From assembly GCA_040905465.1 (NCBI GenBank), contig JBBDRK010000036.1:73244-137243 (forward strand): 64,000 nucleotides of DNA, given 5' to 3'. The notes below the pieces were generated by a model. That model searched no databases. It was not told the DNA's origin and saw nothing but the letters and a program-made list of their open reading frames with translations. Below, piece by piece: positions 17,513 through 27,615 of this stretch; the first letter of the stretch is position 1, and each line of letters begins with the position of its first letter. Origin of the DNA: Trueperaceae bacterium (GTDB lineage: Bacteria > Deinococcota > Deinococci > Deinococcales > Trueperaceae). The translations under genes and the position numbers were made by a program.

Positions 17513-18604
17513 TCAACCCTGCACCAGCCCGCGCTCGCGTGCCCACACCACGGCCTCGGCGCGATTGGTGACACCGATCTTGCGGTAGATCCGGGTAACG
17601 TAGTTGCGGACGGTCTGCGGCGTGAGAGTCAGTTCGTCTGCAATGCGCATGTTGCTGTGCCCCGCACCCACCCTTATCACTACCTCGCGTTCACGCCGGG
17701 TCAACAGGTCGATTTCGCCGCTGACGACCGTCGATCGATCCGGCGCACGCAGGCGCTCGAGCTGCTGCACGACACTCCGGCTGAACACCGACGCGCTCTG
17801 GAGTACCACCTGCGTCGCCTCGCGCAGCTTGCGTTCCATCTCCTTCTGATCGCTGATATCGACGTACACCCCGAGAATGCACTCCTCACCGCTAACCTCG
17901 ACCCAGCGGTGCCACGAGAGCAGCGTCCGCGGCGCCTCGTCGCGCGCGCGCACCACCACCTCGAGCCGCTCGACCTCCTCGCCGCGGGCCAGCCGCTCGC
18001 TGGCAACCTGCAGGTGCTCGTCGTTCAGTACCATGGAAAGCTCCGGCACTGTATGGCCGACCACTTCCGAATGCTCGTAACCGAGCAATTCCAGGAAGGC
18101 CGGGTTCGCATCGAGCACGCACTGGTCGGCCCCCCTGACGAGCGTCACCGGTACCGGCCCCCGCTCGAAGGCGGTTCGAAAGAGACTGTCGCTCTCGTGC
18201 TTGGCGGTAACGTCTTCGATGAGCAGCATCATCAGGGGCTCGCCACTACCCTCTTCGGTGACGGTGAGCCCGGTGAACGATAGAACCGGTCGGCCCGTGG
18301 CCCAGCGCTCTTCTGCTCGCAACTCGTAATCACGGAACGACTCACCGCGCTCGAGCCGCGCCCAGGGAAGCTCTGTCCGATCGAGGGGCGATCCTCGAAG
18401 GCAGCGCAACGGCCCCACCAGGTTGGAGAGCGACGCGATGTCCTCGACAGCGGTTTGCGGCTGCCGATCCAGGACCAGCGACGCCGCCGCCCTGTTGACA
18501 AAACGCGCTTTTCCGTTGGCATCGAAAATCAGGATCGCCTGCGGTAGGTTATCGACGACTGCCCGAAAACCGTCCGGCACGTGGTGCCCGTTTTGCACGA
18601 ACAT
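17513..18604 (-). CDS. PAS-PAS-LuxR one-component transcriptional regulator
   Basis: Two PAS-like repeats (NRAA; ANPAFLELLGY); LTRREREV..G.SN..IA..L....TV..Y..RIY.K LuxR HTH; GGAGGA RBS. Confidence 0.88.
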   Translation of the reverse strand: MFVQNGHHVPDGFRAVVDNLPQAILIFDANGKARFVNRAAASLVLDRQPQTAVEDIASLSNLVGPLRCLRGSPLDRTELPWARLERGESFRDYELRAEERWATGRPVLSFTGLTVTEEGSGEPLMMLLIEDVTAKHESDSLFRTAFERGPVPVTLVRGADQCVLDANPAFLELLGYEHSEVVGHTVPELSMVLNDEHLQVASERLARGEEVERLEVVVRARDEAPRTLLSWHRWVEVSGEECILGVYVDISDQKEMERKLREATQVVLQSASVFSRSVVQQLERLRAPDRSTVVSGEIDLLTRREREVVIRVGAGHSNMRIADELTLTPQTVRNYVTRIYRKIGVTNRAEAVVWARERGLVQG

Positions 18605-18833
18605 TGGCTCTCCTCCACACCGTGGAAGGTTGGAACACACAAAGGACAGAGGAGCGTCGACTGCTGCCAGCGCCTCCCATACCTTCCCGAACTCCCCCAG
18701 GCGGTCCCGCCGAAACTAACACAAGGTCCCGGCGCTGGACAGGAGCAGACGCTTCTGCGGCAAGATAGCAGATGTCACCTCACGGGACCGAATTCCGCCG
18801 TACCCGGGGCCGGCATTGCCCCAGGGGCACCGG

Positions 18834-19628
18834 TCAACCCTGCAACAGCGACTGTCCGCCGTCGATGAAGACCTCGGCGCCGGTTATGTGCGACGCTGCG
18901 TCCGACACCAGGAACGCCACCAGCTCTGCCACCTGTTCCGAGCTCCCCGGAACCCCGTCGGTAAGCGGGATCTCCCCTTCCGGGTACTCGACCGGCTCAC
19001 GCGCCTCGCCGGCCGCCCCGCTGTCGGTATTCTCGTCGATTTCGGTCCTGATCGCCCCCGGGCACACGCTGTTCACCCGGATTCGGTACTTGGCCAGCTC
19101 GAGGGCCAGCATCCTGGCCATTGCGACCTGAGCCGCCTTGGTGGCTGCGTATGCTGTTGCCCCGGAGTTGCTGAACATGCGGGTGCCGTTCACCGACGAA
19201 GTCACCACTATCGCTCCGCCATGATCCTTGAGATGCGGGACGGCCAACTTGATCGTCGCGAAGGTTCCGAACAGATTGATGTCCACCGTCTTGCGGAATT
19301 CGTCGAACTCGAGACGCTCGATCGGCGCCCAGGTTCCGTTCACCCCGGCGTTGGCGAACACGATGTCGAGCCGTCCGTAATGGCCCGTAAGTCTCTCGAC
19401 CGCCTCACCCAGGGCGCGCGGGTCGGAGATGTCGGCCTCCAGTTCGAGCGCCTCGCCGCCTGCCTCCCTTATTTCCCGGGCCACCTCGCCGAGCTCCGCC
19501 CCGGTTCGCGACAGAAGACCTACCGCAACACCGTCGGCCGCCAGCCGTCGCGCGGCGGCGGCGCCGATTCCGGAACCGGCTCCAGTTATCAGTGCGACCC
19601 TGGATGCGACCTGTGAAACTCTCGCCAT
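18834..19628 (-). CDS. SDR family oxidoreductase
   Basis: TGAGSGIG, NAG, YAATK, RVNSVCPG. Confidence 0.93.
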   Translation of the reverse strand: MARVSQVASRVALITGAGSGIGAAAARRLAADGVAVGLLSRTGAELGEVAREIREAGGEALELEADISDPRALGEAVERLTGHYGRLDIVFANAGVNGTWAPIERLEFDEFRKTVDINLFGTFATIKLAVPHLKDHGGAIVVTSSVNGTRMFSNSGATAYAATKAAQVAMARMLALELAKYRIRVNSVCPGAIRTEIDENTDSGAAGEAREPVEYPEGEIPLTDGVPGSSEQVAELVAFLVSDAASHITGAEVFIDGGQSLLQG

Positions 19629-19689
19629 CAGCCTCCTCCGGCCGCCACTCTAGGGCGGCAGGCGCGCCGCGACAGAGGCGCGGCACCCG

Positions 19690-20868
19690 TTAGCCGGAGC
19701 TCCGGGCCGAGGCGCGCGCGAAGAACAGCAGCAGGCTGGCAAGCAGGAGCGCCGCGGTGAGCGCCGACAGGGCGAGCGGCACCGAATCCGAGCCCAGCCC
19801 CGCCACCATGGTGCCGATGAGCGGGGAGGTGACTACCGGACCGAGCGTGGCGCCGGCAAGCGCCAGCGGCGCCATCTGTTCCGCCCTGCGCGGGAAGGTC
19901 TCGTGCAACCAGGCGAGGGTGCTGGGGAATATCGGCGCGAATGCCAGGCCCAGGAGGATGTAGGCGTAGGGGGCGAAGGGCACGATCTGGGTGAGCAGCG
20001 CCGCCGCCAGCGCCAGGACGGACGCAGCCACCACCATGAGGCCGGGACGAACCACGGCGCTGATCGGGGCGGCCAGCAGCCGGCCGACGGTGATCGCCGT
20101 CCAGTAGAGCGACGTGAAGGTCGCAGCCTGCACCGCTCCGAAGTAAGGCGTCAGGTGGGTCGTTTCCCAGGAGGCGCCCGCGACCTCGGACGAGACGTAG
20201 AGGAAGTAGATGACGACGAAGGCGAACGCCCGACCGATCGAAACCCCCATCAGCGGATCGGGCGCTTGCTGGGCGGTCGGTTCGGGGAGTCGCAGCAGCA
20301 GGAGCGTGATCACCACGCCCAGCGCCGCTACTGCCAGGAACGCTCGTCCGACGTCGGGCACGGTGACGGCTACCAGGGCCGGACCGAGAATGGCGCCGAG
20401 GCCGAACATCGCGTTCAGCACACTCAGCACCGGGCCTATGCGACCCGCGAACGAGCGCACCACTAGCAGGTTCACGCCCACGTCCAGAACGCCGAAACCG
20501 AGACCGGCGGCGAACGAGGCGAGCAGCACGAGCGGCCACGACGAGCTCGCCCCGATCACCGCCACGCCTAGCGTCATGATCAGAGTCGAAAGGGCCAACA
20601 GCCTGGGATAGCCGAAACGGCGGATCAGCAGGCCGCTGCCAAGAATCGTGAAGAACGATCCGAGGAAGTGCAGGCTTACCGTCAGGCTCACCGATGCTGC
20701 GCTCAGGGTGAAGCGCTGCTGGAAGGTCTCGAAGGCGGGTCCGTACAGCGACTGCTCGGCGCCCACCAGCACGAAAGCCAGGAAGGAGGTCACGAGCAGG
20801 CCGCGGCGGCTGCTGGTCTTGAGTAGTCGATTCGCCACGAGCGCCCATGATAAGCGAGCCGGTGCCAC
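19690..20868 (-). CDS. MFS transporter (FucP/sugar-permease-like); true start may be GTG 20838
   Basis: About 12 hydrophobic segments; FGLGAILGP, FLYVSSE, APIFP. Confidence 0.85.
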   Translation of the reverse strand: MAPARLSWALVANRLLKTSSRRGLLVTSFLAFVLVGAEQSLYGPAFETFQQRFTLSAASVSLTVSLHFLGSFFTILGSGLLIRRFGYPRLLALSTLIMTLGVAVIGASSSWPLVLLASFAAGLGFGVLDVGVNLLVVRSFAGRIGPVLSVLNAMFGLGAILGPALVAVTVPDVGRAFLAVAALGVVITLLLLRLPEPTAQQAPDPLMGVSIGRAFAFVVIYFLYVSSEVAGASWETTHLTPYFGAVQAATFTSLYWTAITVGRLLAAPISAVVRPGLMVVAASVLALAAALLTQIVPFAPYAYILLGLAFAPIFPSTLAWLHETFPRRAEQMAPLALAGATLGPVVTSPLIGTMVAGLGSDSVPLALSALTAALLLASLLLFFARASARSSG

Positions 20869-20972
20869 GGCCGGCGTAGGAGCCGACCGGTCTGCGAAGG
20901 TAGGGCCCGCCGCGGGGAGAGGGCCGCTATCTCCGTTATAATCGGGGTTCGGTGCAGCAGGAGGCGTTCCCG

Positions 20973-23705
20973 ATGATCAATGAGCTGAGGCGCAGATACC
21001 TCGAGTTCTTCGAGCAGAAAGACCATCTCGTCCATCCGAGCGCTTCGCTCCGGAGCGAAGACCCGTCGCTGCTCTTCACCAGCGCCGGGATGGTCCAGTT
21101 CAAGCCCTACTTCCTGGGCGCCACCCCCAAGTTCGCCGGCGTCGAGGGGGTCTGGCACCGGGTGACGACCGCCCAGAAGTGCTTGCGCATCAACGACATC
21201 GAGAACGTGGGGCGGACCTTGCGCCACCACTCTTTCTTCGAGATGATGGGCAACTTCTCGTTCGGCGACTACTTCAAGAAGGAAGCGGCCCAGTGGGCGT
21301 GGGAGTTCCTTACCTCCGACGAATGGATGGGTCTCGACCCGGAGCGGTTGTACGTCACCGTCTATCTCGACGACGACCAGGCCTTCGACGTATGGACGAA
21401 AAACGTAGGTGTGCCGGCCTCACGGGTCTCCCGCTGGGGCGAGGACGAGAACTTCTGGCCGGCCAACGCGGTCACGGCCGGCCCCAACGGCCCGTGCGGG
21501 CCGTGCTCGGAGATCTTCTACGACCGCGGTCCCGAATACGGCAGCAGCGACGAGACCGGCCCCAACACCGGTTCCGGCGACCGCTACATCGAAATCTGGA
21601 ACCTGGTGTTCACCCAGTTCAACCGCCAGGACGGCGGCGTGCTCGAGCCGCTGCCCCAGCAGAACATCGACACCGGGCTGGGACTCGAGCGACTAGCAGC
21701 GGTGATGACCGACGCCGAGGACGCCTACGGGACGGAGCTGTTCGGACCTACCATCCGCCGAGTGGCCGAGCTCTCGGGCAAGCCCTATGAGGGCGTGCCG
21801 AGCACTTCGCACCGGGTCATAGCCGACCATTTGCGGGCGGTCGCCTTCTGCATAGCCGACGGAATAATGCCTGCCAACGACGGCGCCGGCTACGTGGTGA
21901 AGATGCTGCTGCGGCGGGCCTCTCGGCACGCCTGGCTGCTCGGTCTGCGCGAACCGGTACTGTGGCGCCTGATCGAGCAGGTAGTCGAGGCAATGGGCGA
22001 GGCGTACCCGGAGCTCGCCGGGGGCGCGGAGAGACTCCAGGGAATCGTCCGCGCCGAGGAAGAGCAGTTCCTGCGAACGCTCGAATCCGGGATCCAACGC
22101 GTGAACCAGTTGCTCGATGACCTGGGAGCGTCCTCGCGGACCGAAACGGCCTCCGGCGAAGCGGTCATGAGCGGGGAGGTCGCCTTCGATCTATGGCAGA
22201 CCTACGGCTTTCCGCTCGATCTGACCCGCGACATGGCGGCGGAGCGCGGTTTGAGTGTCGACAGCGTGGGTTACGAAGAGGCTCAGGAGCGCGCCCGCGA
22301 AGTATCGCGCGGGGTCCGCGAGGCGCAGGCGCTCTTCGGTGCTGCCAGCGACACGCTCGGCAGCGTGGCGCGCGAAAGCGGCGAGACCCGATTCACGGGC
22401 TACGACTCGCGCGAGGGCGAAGCCCGGGTAGTGGCACTGGCCGGCGACGACGGACTGACGGACTCGGCCGCGGAAGGGAGCGAGGTCGAGGTGGTCGTCG
22501 ACGCCAGCCCCTTCTATCCCGAAGGCGGTGGGCAGATAGGCGATTCCGGCAAGTTCGAATGGCCGGGCGGGGCGGCTCTGGTAGCCAATACTACGCGCTC
22601 GAGCCACGGGCTTCTGCTGCACCGCGCAAAGGTGGTGCGCGGCCGGCTCGACGTCGGCCAGCGAGTTCGTGCGCTGGTCGACCCGTCGCGGCTCGAGACG
22701 CAGAAGCACCACACCGCCACCCACCTGCTGCACGCGGCGCTGCGCTCGGTACTGGGTACCCACGTGGCCCAGGCCGGTTCGCTGGTGACTCCCGACCGGC
22801 TCCGCTTCGACTTCTCGCATCCTCAGGCGTTGAGCGTCCAGGAGACCGAGCGGATCGAACGACTGGTCAACCGCTGGATCCAGGCGGACCTGCAAGTCGG
22901 TTGGCGGACCGTACCCATCGAAACGGCGCGTGAGCGTGGGGCGATGATGCTGTTCGGCGAAAAGTACGGCAAGGACGTACGGATGGTGACCGTGGGTAGC
23001 GGTGAAAGCGGGGGTGGCGGCGCTGACAGCAGCGACCGCGGCGATGGCACGGCGGACATATCGGTGGAACTGTGCGGCGGCACCCACACGGACCGTACCG
23101 GCCAGATCGGCTCTCTGGTACTGACCGCCGAAGAGGCGGTGTCGGCCGGCGTGCGGCGGGTAGAGGCCAGGGTCGGCATGGCGGCCGTCGAGTACCTGCG
23201 CGAGTTGCGTGGCACGGTGTACGACCTGTCCCGCGATCTCGGCGCGTCCCCTGGCGAGCTCACCGCCCGGGTCGCCCGGCTGCAGGCGGACCTGAAATCG
23301 GCCCAGCGGGAGAGCGCCAGGTTACGCGACCGGCTGGCGGCGGCGCAGACTTCCGCGGGAGAGCGGCAGGAGGTGCGCGAGGCGGGCGGCTTCCGCTACC
23401 TGTCCGCGCAGTTCAGCGGTCTCGACGCGTCGTCGCTGAGGACGGCGGCCGACAACCTGCTGCGCAGTTCGGGAGCCGAGATCGTTGTCGTCGGCAGCGA
23501 CGGCCTGCTGGTGGTCAAGGCATCGGAGCAGGCACGACAGCGAGGCGCCCACGCCGGGAACCTGGTTCGCGAGCTGGCCCAGCGGGTCGGAGGCAACGGC
23601 GGCGGGCGGCCCGACATGGCGCAGGCCGGCCTGAAGGAGCCCGAGCGGCTGGCCGAAGCACTCTCCGCGTTGTCATCGGTTCTCACCGCGGCAACGGCAG
23701 GCTGA
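20973..23705 (+). CDS. alaS: Alanine--tRNA ligase
   Basis: LLFTSAGMVQFK, HHSFFEMMGNFSFGDYFK, HTATHLLH, ELCGGTH, GGGRPDMAQAG; TATAAT at 20937 and GGAGG RBS. Confidence 0.98.
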   Translation: MINELRRRYLEFFEQKDHLVHPSASLRSEDPSLLFTSAGMVQFKPYFLGATPKFAGVEGVWHRVTTAQKCLRINDIENVGRTLRHHSFFEMMGNFSFGDYFKKEAAQWAWEFLTSDEWMGLDPERLYVTVYLDDDQAFDVWTKNVGVPASRVSRWGEDENFWPANAVTAGPNGPCGPCSEIFYDRGPEYGSSDETGPNTGSGDRYIEIWNLVFTQFNRQDGGVLEPLPQQNIDTGLGLERLAAVMTDAEDAYGTELFGPTIRRVAELSGKPYEGVPSTSHRVIADHLRAVAFCIADGIMPANDGAGYVVKMLLRRASRHAWLLGLREPVLWRLIEQVVEAMGEAYPELAGGAERLQGIVRAEEEQFLRTLESGIQRVNQLLDDLGASSRTETASGEAVMSGEVAFDLWQTYGFPLDLTRDMAAERGLSVDSVGYEEAQERAREVSRGVREAQALFGAASDTLGSVARESGETRFTGYDSREGEARVVALAGDDGLTDSAAEGSEVEVVVDASPFYPEGGGQIGDSGKFEWPGGAALVANTTRSSHGLLLHRAKVVRGRLDVGQRVRALVDPSRLETQKHHTATHLLHAALRSVLGTHVAQAGSLVTPDRLRFDFSHPQALSVQETERIERLVNRWIQADLQVGWRTVPIETARERGAMMLFGEKYGKDVRMVTVGSGESGGGGADSSDRGDGTADISVELCGGTHTDRTGQIGSLVLTAEEAVSAGVRRVEARVGMAAVEYLRELRGTVYDLSRDLGASPGELTARVARLQADLKSAQRESARLRDRLAAAQTSAGERQEVREAGGFRYLSAQFSGLDASSLRTAADNLLRSSGAEIVVVGSDGLLVVKASEQARQRGAHAGNLVRELAQRVGGNGGGRPDMAQAGLKEPERLAEALSALSSVLTAATAG

Positions 23706-23744
23706 CGCCGTGGCCAGGGGCGGCCAGAGGCATAGAAGTCGGTA

Positions 23745-24233
23745 ATGGCTGAGATCGTGATCGCCCTCGACGTGGGCGAAGCCCGCATCGGACTGGCGCG
23801 TGGCGAGCTGGGCTCCCCGTTCGCCTTCGGACGCGGCTACCTTGAGCGCACGGGCGACGTCGACGCCGATGTCGGGGCCGTTGCCGAGGTCGTCCTCCGC
23901 GAGGGCGCGGAACGCCTGGTGGTGGGCCTGCCCCGTCGGACCGACGGACGCGACTCCAGGCAGACCCAGCGAGTCCGCGAGTTCATCGCCTCCCTGAAAC
24001 AGGCCGGACAGAAAGTCGACGTGGAAGACGAGCGCTTCACCACCCGCCTGGCCACCAGCCAGATACTGGGCAGCGGGCGCAGCCGAAGCAGCCGCCGTGA
24101 AAAGGGGCGGGTCGATGAAGCCTCCGCCGTTCTGATCCTTGAGACCTATCTGACGAGGTTGGCTCGAGGCGCTGCTGACAACGAAAGTGACAACGAGAAT
24201 GGCAGCGAGAATGGCAGCGAGAATGAATCCTAA
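23745..24233 (+). CDS. ruvX: RuvX/YqgF pre-16S rRNA nuclease family
   Basis: ALDVGEARIGLA, VVGLP, DERFTT, VDEASAVLIL; follows alaS. Confidence 0.93.
   Translation: MAEIVIALDVGEARIGLARGELGSPFAFGRGYLERTGDVDADVGAVAEVVLREGAERLVVGLPRRTDGRDSRQTQRVREFIASLKQAGQKVDVEDERFTTRLATSQILGSGRSRSSRREKGRVDEASAVLILETYLTRLARGAADNESDNENGSENGSENES
24180..24227 (+). repeat. 12-bp coding tandem repeat x4 in the ruvX 3' end
   Basis: AACGAAAGTGAC AACGAGAATGGC AGCGAGAATGGC AGCGAGAATGAA. Confidence 0.8.
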
Positions 24234-24236
24234 AGG

Positions 24237-25385
24237 ATGAAAGAGCACGACAAGGAATGGGCGCCGCAAGACGGCGAAGAGGCCCGCCGGCACCGGCAGA
24301 CCGAACCCGACGCAGACGCCGTCGCCGGCCCAGCGGGCTCTCCCGCCCGCAGCCGTAGCAGGCACGCATGGCGAGCGCTGTTGGCCGTCATGTTGCTGGC
24401 TGCCAGTGGATTTGGCCTGCTGGTGGCCTGGGGCCTGACTCCGACCAGCCAGACGCCCGAACTCGTGGAGTTCGAGGTGCTACCGGGATGGGGCGCGAGC
24501 ACCGTTTCGCGCGAGCTGGAGAGTCGGGGGCTGGTGCGCAACTGGCAGATCTTCAGCGCTTACCTGCGCATTCGAGGGCTGGACCGGTCGGTGGGAGAAG
24601 GCATCTACGACCTCGACCGCTCGTGGACCGCTCCCGAGCTGGCTGCCACTCTCGTGCGCGGTGGCCGCCCACGGACGGCGGAGGTGGTGTTTCCCGAGGG
24701 AATCCGCGGGCGCGACCTCGCCCAGCGCCTCGCCGCCTCCGGCCTTGCCGAGGCCGAGTCGTATATGGAGCTGATCGACGAACCCGGCGACCTGCGTCCG
24801 CCGTACCTCCCTCCGGACGCTACCCTCGAGGGTTATCTGTTCCCCGCCTCGTATGAGATCCCTCTTTCCGACAAGCCGGAACAGACGCTGGGCCGCCTGC
24901 TGAACCGCTTCGATGCGGAACTGACCGAAACGGTGAACGAGGGGCTGGACGAGCTCGACCTGAGCGTGCACGAGTGGGTCACTCTCGCCTCGATGATTCA
25001 GGCGGAAGCCGGCAGCGACCAGGAGATGCCGTTGATCGCCGGTGTCTTCCTCAACCGGATGGAGATCGGAATGGCGCTGCAGTCCGATCCCACAGTGGCC
25101 TACGGCCTCGGCAAACGCTTGCCGGAACTCGACGCCTCGGCCGGAGACCTTCGCACCGACCACCCCTGGAACACCTACACGAGGCCGGGACTGCCGCGAG
25201 GACCGATAAGCAATCCGGGCCGTGCAGCCCTGTTGGCACCCTTTACCGCCGTCCGGAATAATGAGCAGGGCCAGGAGTACCTCTACTTTCTGCACGGGAC
25301 CGATGCCGGCACGCCCGTCTTCCGGCTGAACACCGGCCTGGACGGACACAATCAGGACGTCGTGCGCTACTTGCGGAGCCAGTGA
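24237..25385 (+). CDS. mltG: Endolytic transglycosylase MltG (YceG)
   Basis: N-terminal TM; PEG, LEGYLFP, LASMIQAE, LQSDPTV, WNTY..PGLP.GPISNPG. Confidence 0.93.
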   Translation: MKEHDKEWAPQDGEEARRHRQTEPDADAVAGPAGSPARSRSRHAWRALLAVMLLAASGFGLLVAWGLTPTSQTPELVEFEVLPGWGASTVSRELESRGLVRNWQIFSAYLRIRGLDRSVGEGIYDLDRSWTAPELAATLVRGGRPRTAEVVFPEGIRGRDLAQRLAASGLAEAESYMELIDEPGDLRPPYLPPDATLEGYLFPASYEIPLSDKPEQTLGRLLNRFDAELTETVNEGLDELDLSVHEWVTLASMIQAEAGSDQEMPLIAGVFLNRMEIGMALQSDPTVAYGLGKRLPELDASAGDLRTDHPWNTYTRPGLPRGPISNPGRAALLAPFTAVRNNEQGQEYLYFLHGTDAGTPVFRLNTGLDGHNQDVVRYLRSQ

Positions 25386-25577
25386 CCGCTGCCGCCCTGG
25401 CGGCCGCCCGTGACTTCGTCGCCGGCCCGACCGCAGTGGCCGGCCAGTAGCCGAATAGAAAGCGATGCGCGCCGAGAAGCGCTGTCGGCGCTGTACGCGC
25501 GTTGACGCTCCCTACCCGAAAAGCTACGATGCTTGAGGCAGCAGACAGCCTTTCAGTACCTCGGAGGGAGTGAGTCC

Positions 25578-26147
25578 TTGAAGTTCTTCCTGGCGGTATC
25601 TCACGGTATCGACGCCGTTACGACCGTTGTCGGGAAGGTGGCCTGGTGGACGACCCTGGTCATGGTCCTTATCGGCGTGCTGAACGTCGTGACCCGGTAC
25701 GCCGGTCGAGCACTCGGTATCTCGCTGGGAGGAACTCTCTACATAGTCCTCCAGACCTACGCTTACGACTTCATATTCCTGATGGGCGCGGCTTACGTCT
25801 TTCGCAAGGACGCGCACGTTCGTGTCGACATCATCTTCTCCAACCTGAGTCAGCGCGCCAAGGCGATAATCGACGTCCTCGGGGTGCTCCTGTTCCTGTT
25901 GCCGTTCTCCTTCATGGGCCTCTACTTCGGCCAGCGCTACGTGGCCACCTCCTGGCGCGCGGGCGAGATCAACCTCAACGCCGGCGGCATTCCGGTGTTC
26001 CCGGCCAAGACGCTGATCCTGATCGCGTTCGGGCTGTTGGTCGTCCAGGCGGCCAGCGAGCTGATCAAGAACATCGCCTTCCTGAGCGGCCATGCCGAGT
26101 CCGGCAGTGTGCACGAATCGGTGACGTCGCAAACGGAAGCGATCTGA
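25578..26147 (+). CDS. TRAP transporter small permease (DctQ family)
   Basis: VVTRY, GAAY....HVRVDI; GGAGGG RBS plus TTG. Confidence 0.88.
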   Translation: MKFFLAVSHGIDAVTTVVGKVAWWTTLVMVLIGVLNVVTRYAGRALGISLGGTLYIVLQTYAYDFIFLMGAAYVFRKDAHVRVDIIFSNLSQRAKAIIDVLGVLLFLLPFSFMGLYFGQRYVATSWRAGEINLNAGGIPVFPAKTLILIAFGLLVVQAASELIKNIAFLSGHAESGSVHESVTSQTEAI

Positions 26148-26148
26148 G

Positions 26149-27510
26149 ATGGAGTACATCTCGCTGTGGATGTTCCTGGCGGCGGTGGCGCTGCTGCTGA
26201 TCGGGTTTCCTGTCGCCTTCACGCTCGGTGGAACCGCCGTGCTGTTCACGCTCATAGGCAGCGACCTGCTCGGGTTCCTGCCCTGGGAGCCGGTTTTCAG
26301 GATGGCCCGGCTCAACATCCTGCCGCAGCGGATGTACGGCACGATAATGGAGAACTACACACTCGTGGCCGTGCCGTTTTTCGTGTTCATGGGAGTGATG
26401 CTGGAGAAGTCGGGACTGGCCGAGGAGCTCCTGGAGACGATGGGGATCCTGTTCGGCCGCCTGCGCGGCGGACTGGCGATCTCGGTCGTTGTGGTCGGCG
26501 CACTGCTGGCCGCCTCGACCGGCGTGGTGGGCGCGTCGGTCGTGACGATGGGCGTGCTGGCGCTGCCGGTGATGCTCAAATACCGCTACGACAGGTCGCT
26601 CGCGTCGGGGGTGGTCGCCTCGTCCGGCACCCTGGGACAGATAATTCCGCCCAGCATAGTTCTGGTGATACTGGGCGACCAGATAGGCGTTTCGGTCGGG
26701 CAGCTCTTTCTCGGAGCGCTCGTCCCGGGGCTCGTCCTGGCGGGCCTGTTCGTGCTGTGGGTGATCTTCGTGGCGATCACCCGCCCGGCCAGCGCCCCGG
26801 CACTGCCGCCCGAGGCACGCCAGTACAGCGCTCGCGCCCTGACGGTACGCGTGCTGCTCAATCTCATTCCTCCGCTGTTCCTGATCCTGGTAGTCCTCGG
26901 CTCGATCTTCTTCGGTATCGCCACGCCCACCGAAGCTGGCGCCATGGGCGCAATCGGCGCGATGCTGCTGGCGGCGGTGAACCGCAAACTGAGCCTGAAG
27001 AACCTGAACGACACCATGGATCAGACGGTAAAGCTGACCAGCATGGTCTTCATCATCCTGGTCGGTGCGACCGCCTTCTCGATGGTGTTCACGGCGCTGC
27101 ACGGCGACCGGGTGGTCGAGAACTTCCTGCTCAACCTGCCCGGCGGCCAGTGGGGTTTCCTGTTCTTCACGATGCTGGTGCTTTTCGTCCTCGGCTTCTT
27201 CATCGACTTCATCGAGATAACCTTCATCGTGGTCCCGTTCATCGCTCCCATCGCACTTCGCTTCTTCGGTCCGGAAATGATGACCTGGTTCGGGGTGATC
27301 ATCGCCATGAACCTGCAGTCTTCGTTCCTCACGCCTCCTTTCGGTTTCGCCCTGTTCTATCTCAAAGGGGTAGCGCCGCCGGAGGTCCGCACCACCGACA
27401 TCTACCGCGGGATAGTGCCGTTCATCGCGCTACAGCTGCTGGCGCTCTTCCTGATCATCGTGTTCCCGAACCTGGTGACCTGGCTGCCCTCGGTGTCGTT
27501 CGCCAGGTAG
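26149..27510 (+). CDS. TRAP transporter large permease (DctM family)
   Basis: AVPFFVFMG, SGTLGQIIPPS, ATPTEAGA, LTPPFG. Confidence 0.95.
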   Translation: MEYISLWMFLAAVALLLIGFPVAFTLGGTAVLFTLIGSDLLGFLPWEPVFRMARLNILPQRMYGTIMENYTLVAVPFFVFMGVMLEKSGLAEELLETMGILFGRLRGGLAISVVVVGALLAASTGVVGASVVTMGVLALPVMLKYRYDRSLASGVVASSGTLGQIIPPSIVLVILGDQIGVSVGQLFLGALVPGLVLAGLFVLWVIFVAITRPASAPALPPEARQYSARALTVRVLLNLIPPLFLILVVLGSIFFGIATPTEAGAMGAIGAMLLAAVNRKLSLKNLNDTMDQTVKLTSMVFIILVGATAFSMVFTALHGDRVVENFLLNLPGGQWGFLFFTMLVLFVLGFFIDFIEITFIVVPFIAPIALRFFGPEMMTWFGVIIAMNLQSSFLTPPFGFALFYLKGVAPPEVRTTDIYRGIVPFIALQLLALFLIIVFPNLVTWLPSVSFAR

Positions 27511-27556
27511 CTATGCCCGGCGGCGGCTGCCGCCGGCACCACACTCCAACACGAAG

Positions 27557-27580
27557 GGAGCCGCCCAAACGGGCGGCTCC
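27557..27580. terminator. Hairpin between convergent genes (probable bidirectional terminator)
   Basis: GGAGCCGCCC-AAAC-GGGCGGCTCC. Confidence 0.65.
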
Positions 27581-27615
27581 TCGGTTCCTGCCGGGCTCGT
27601 CGGCTCAGGCAGGTC

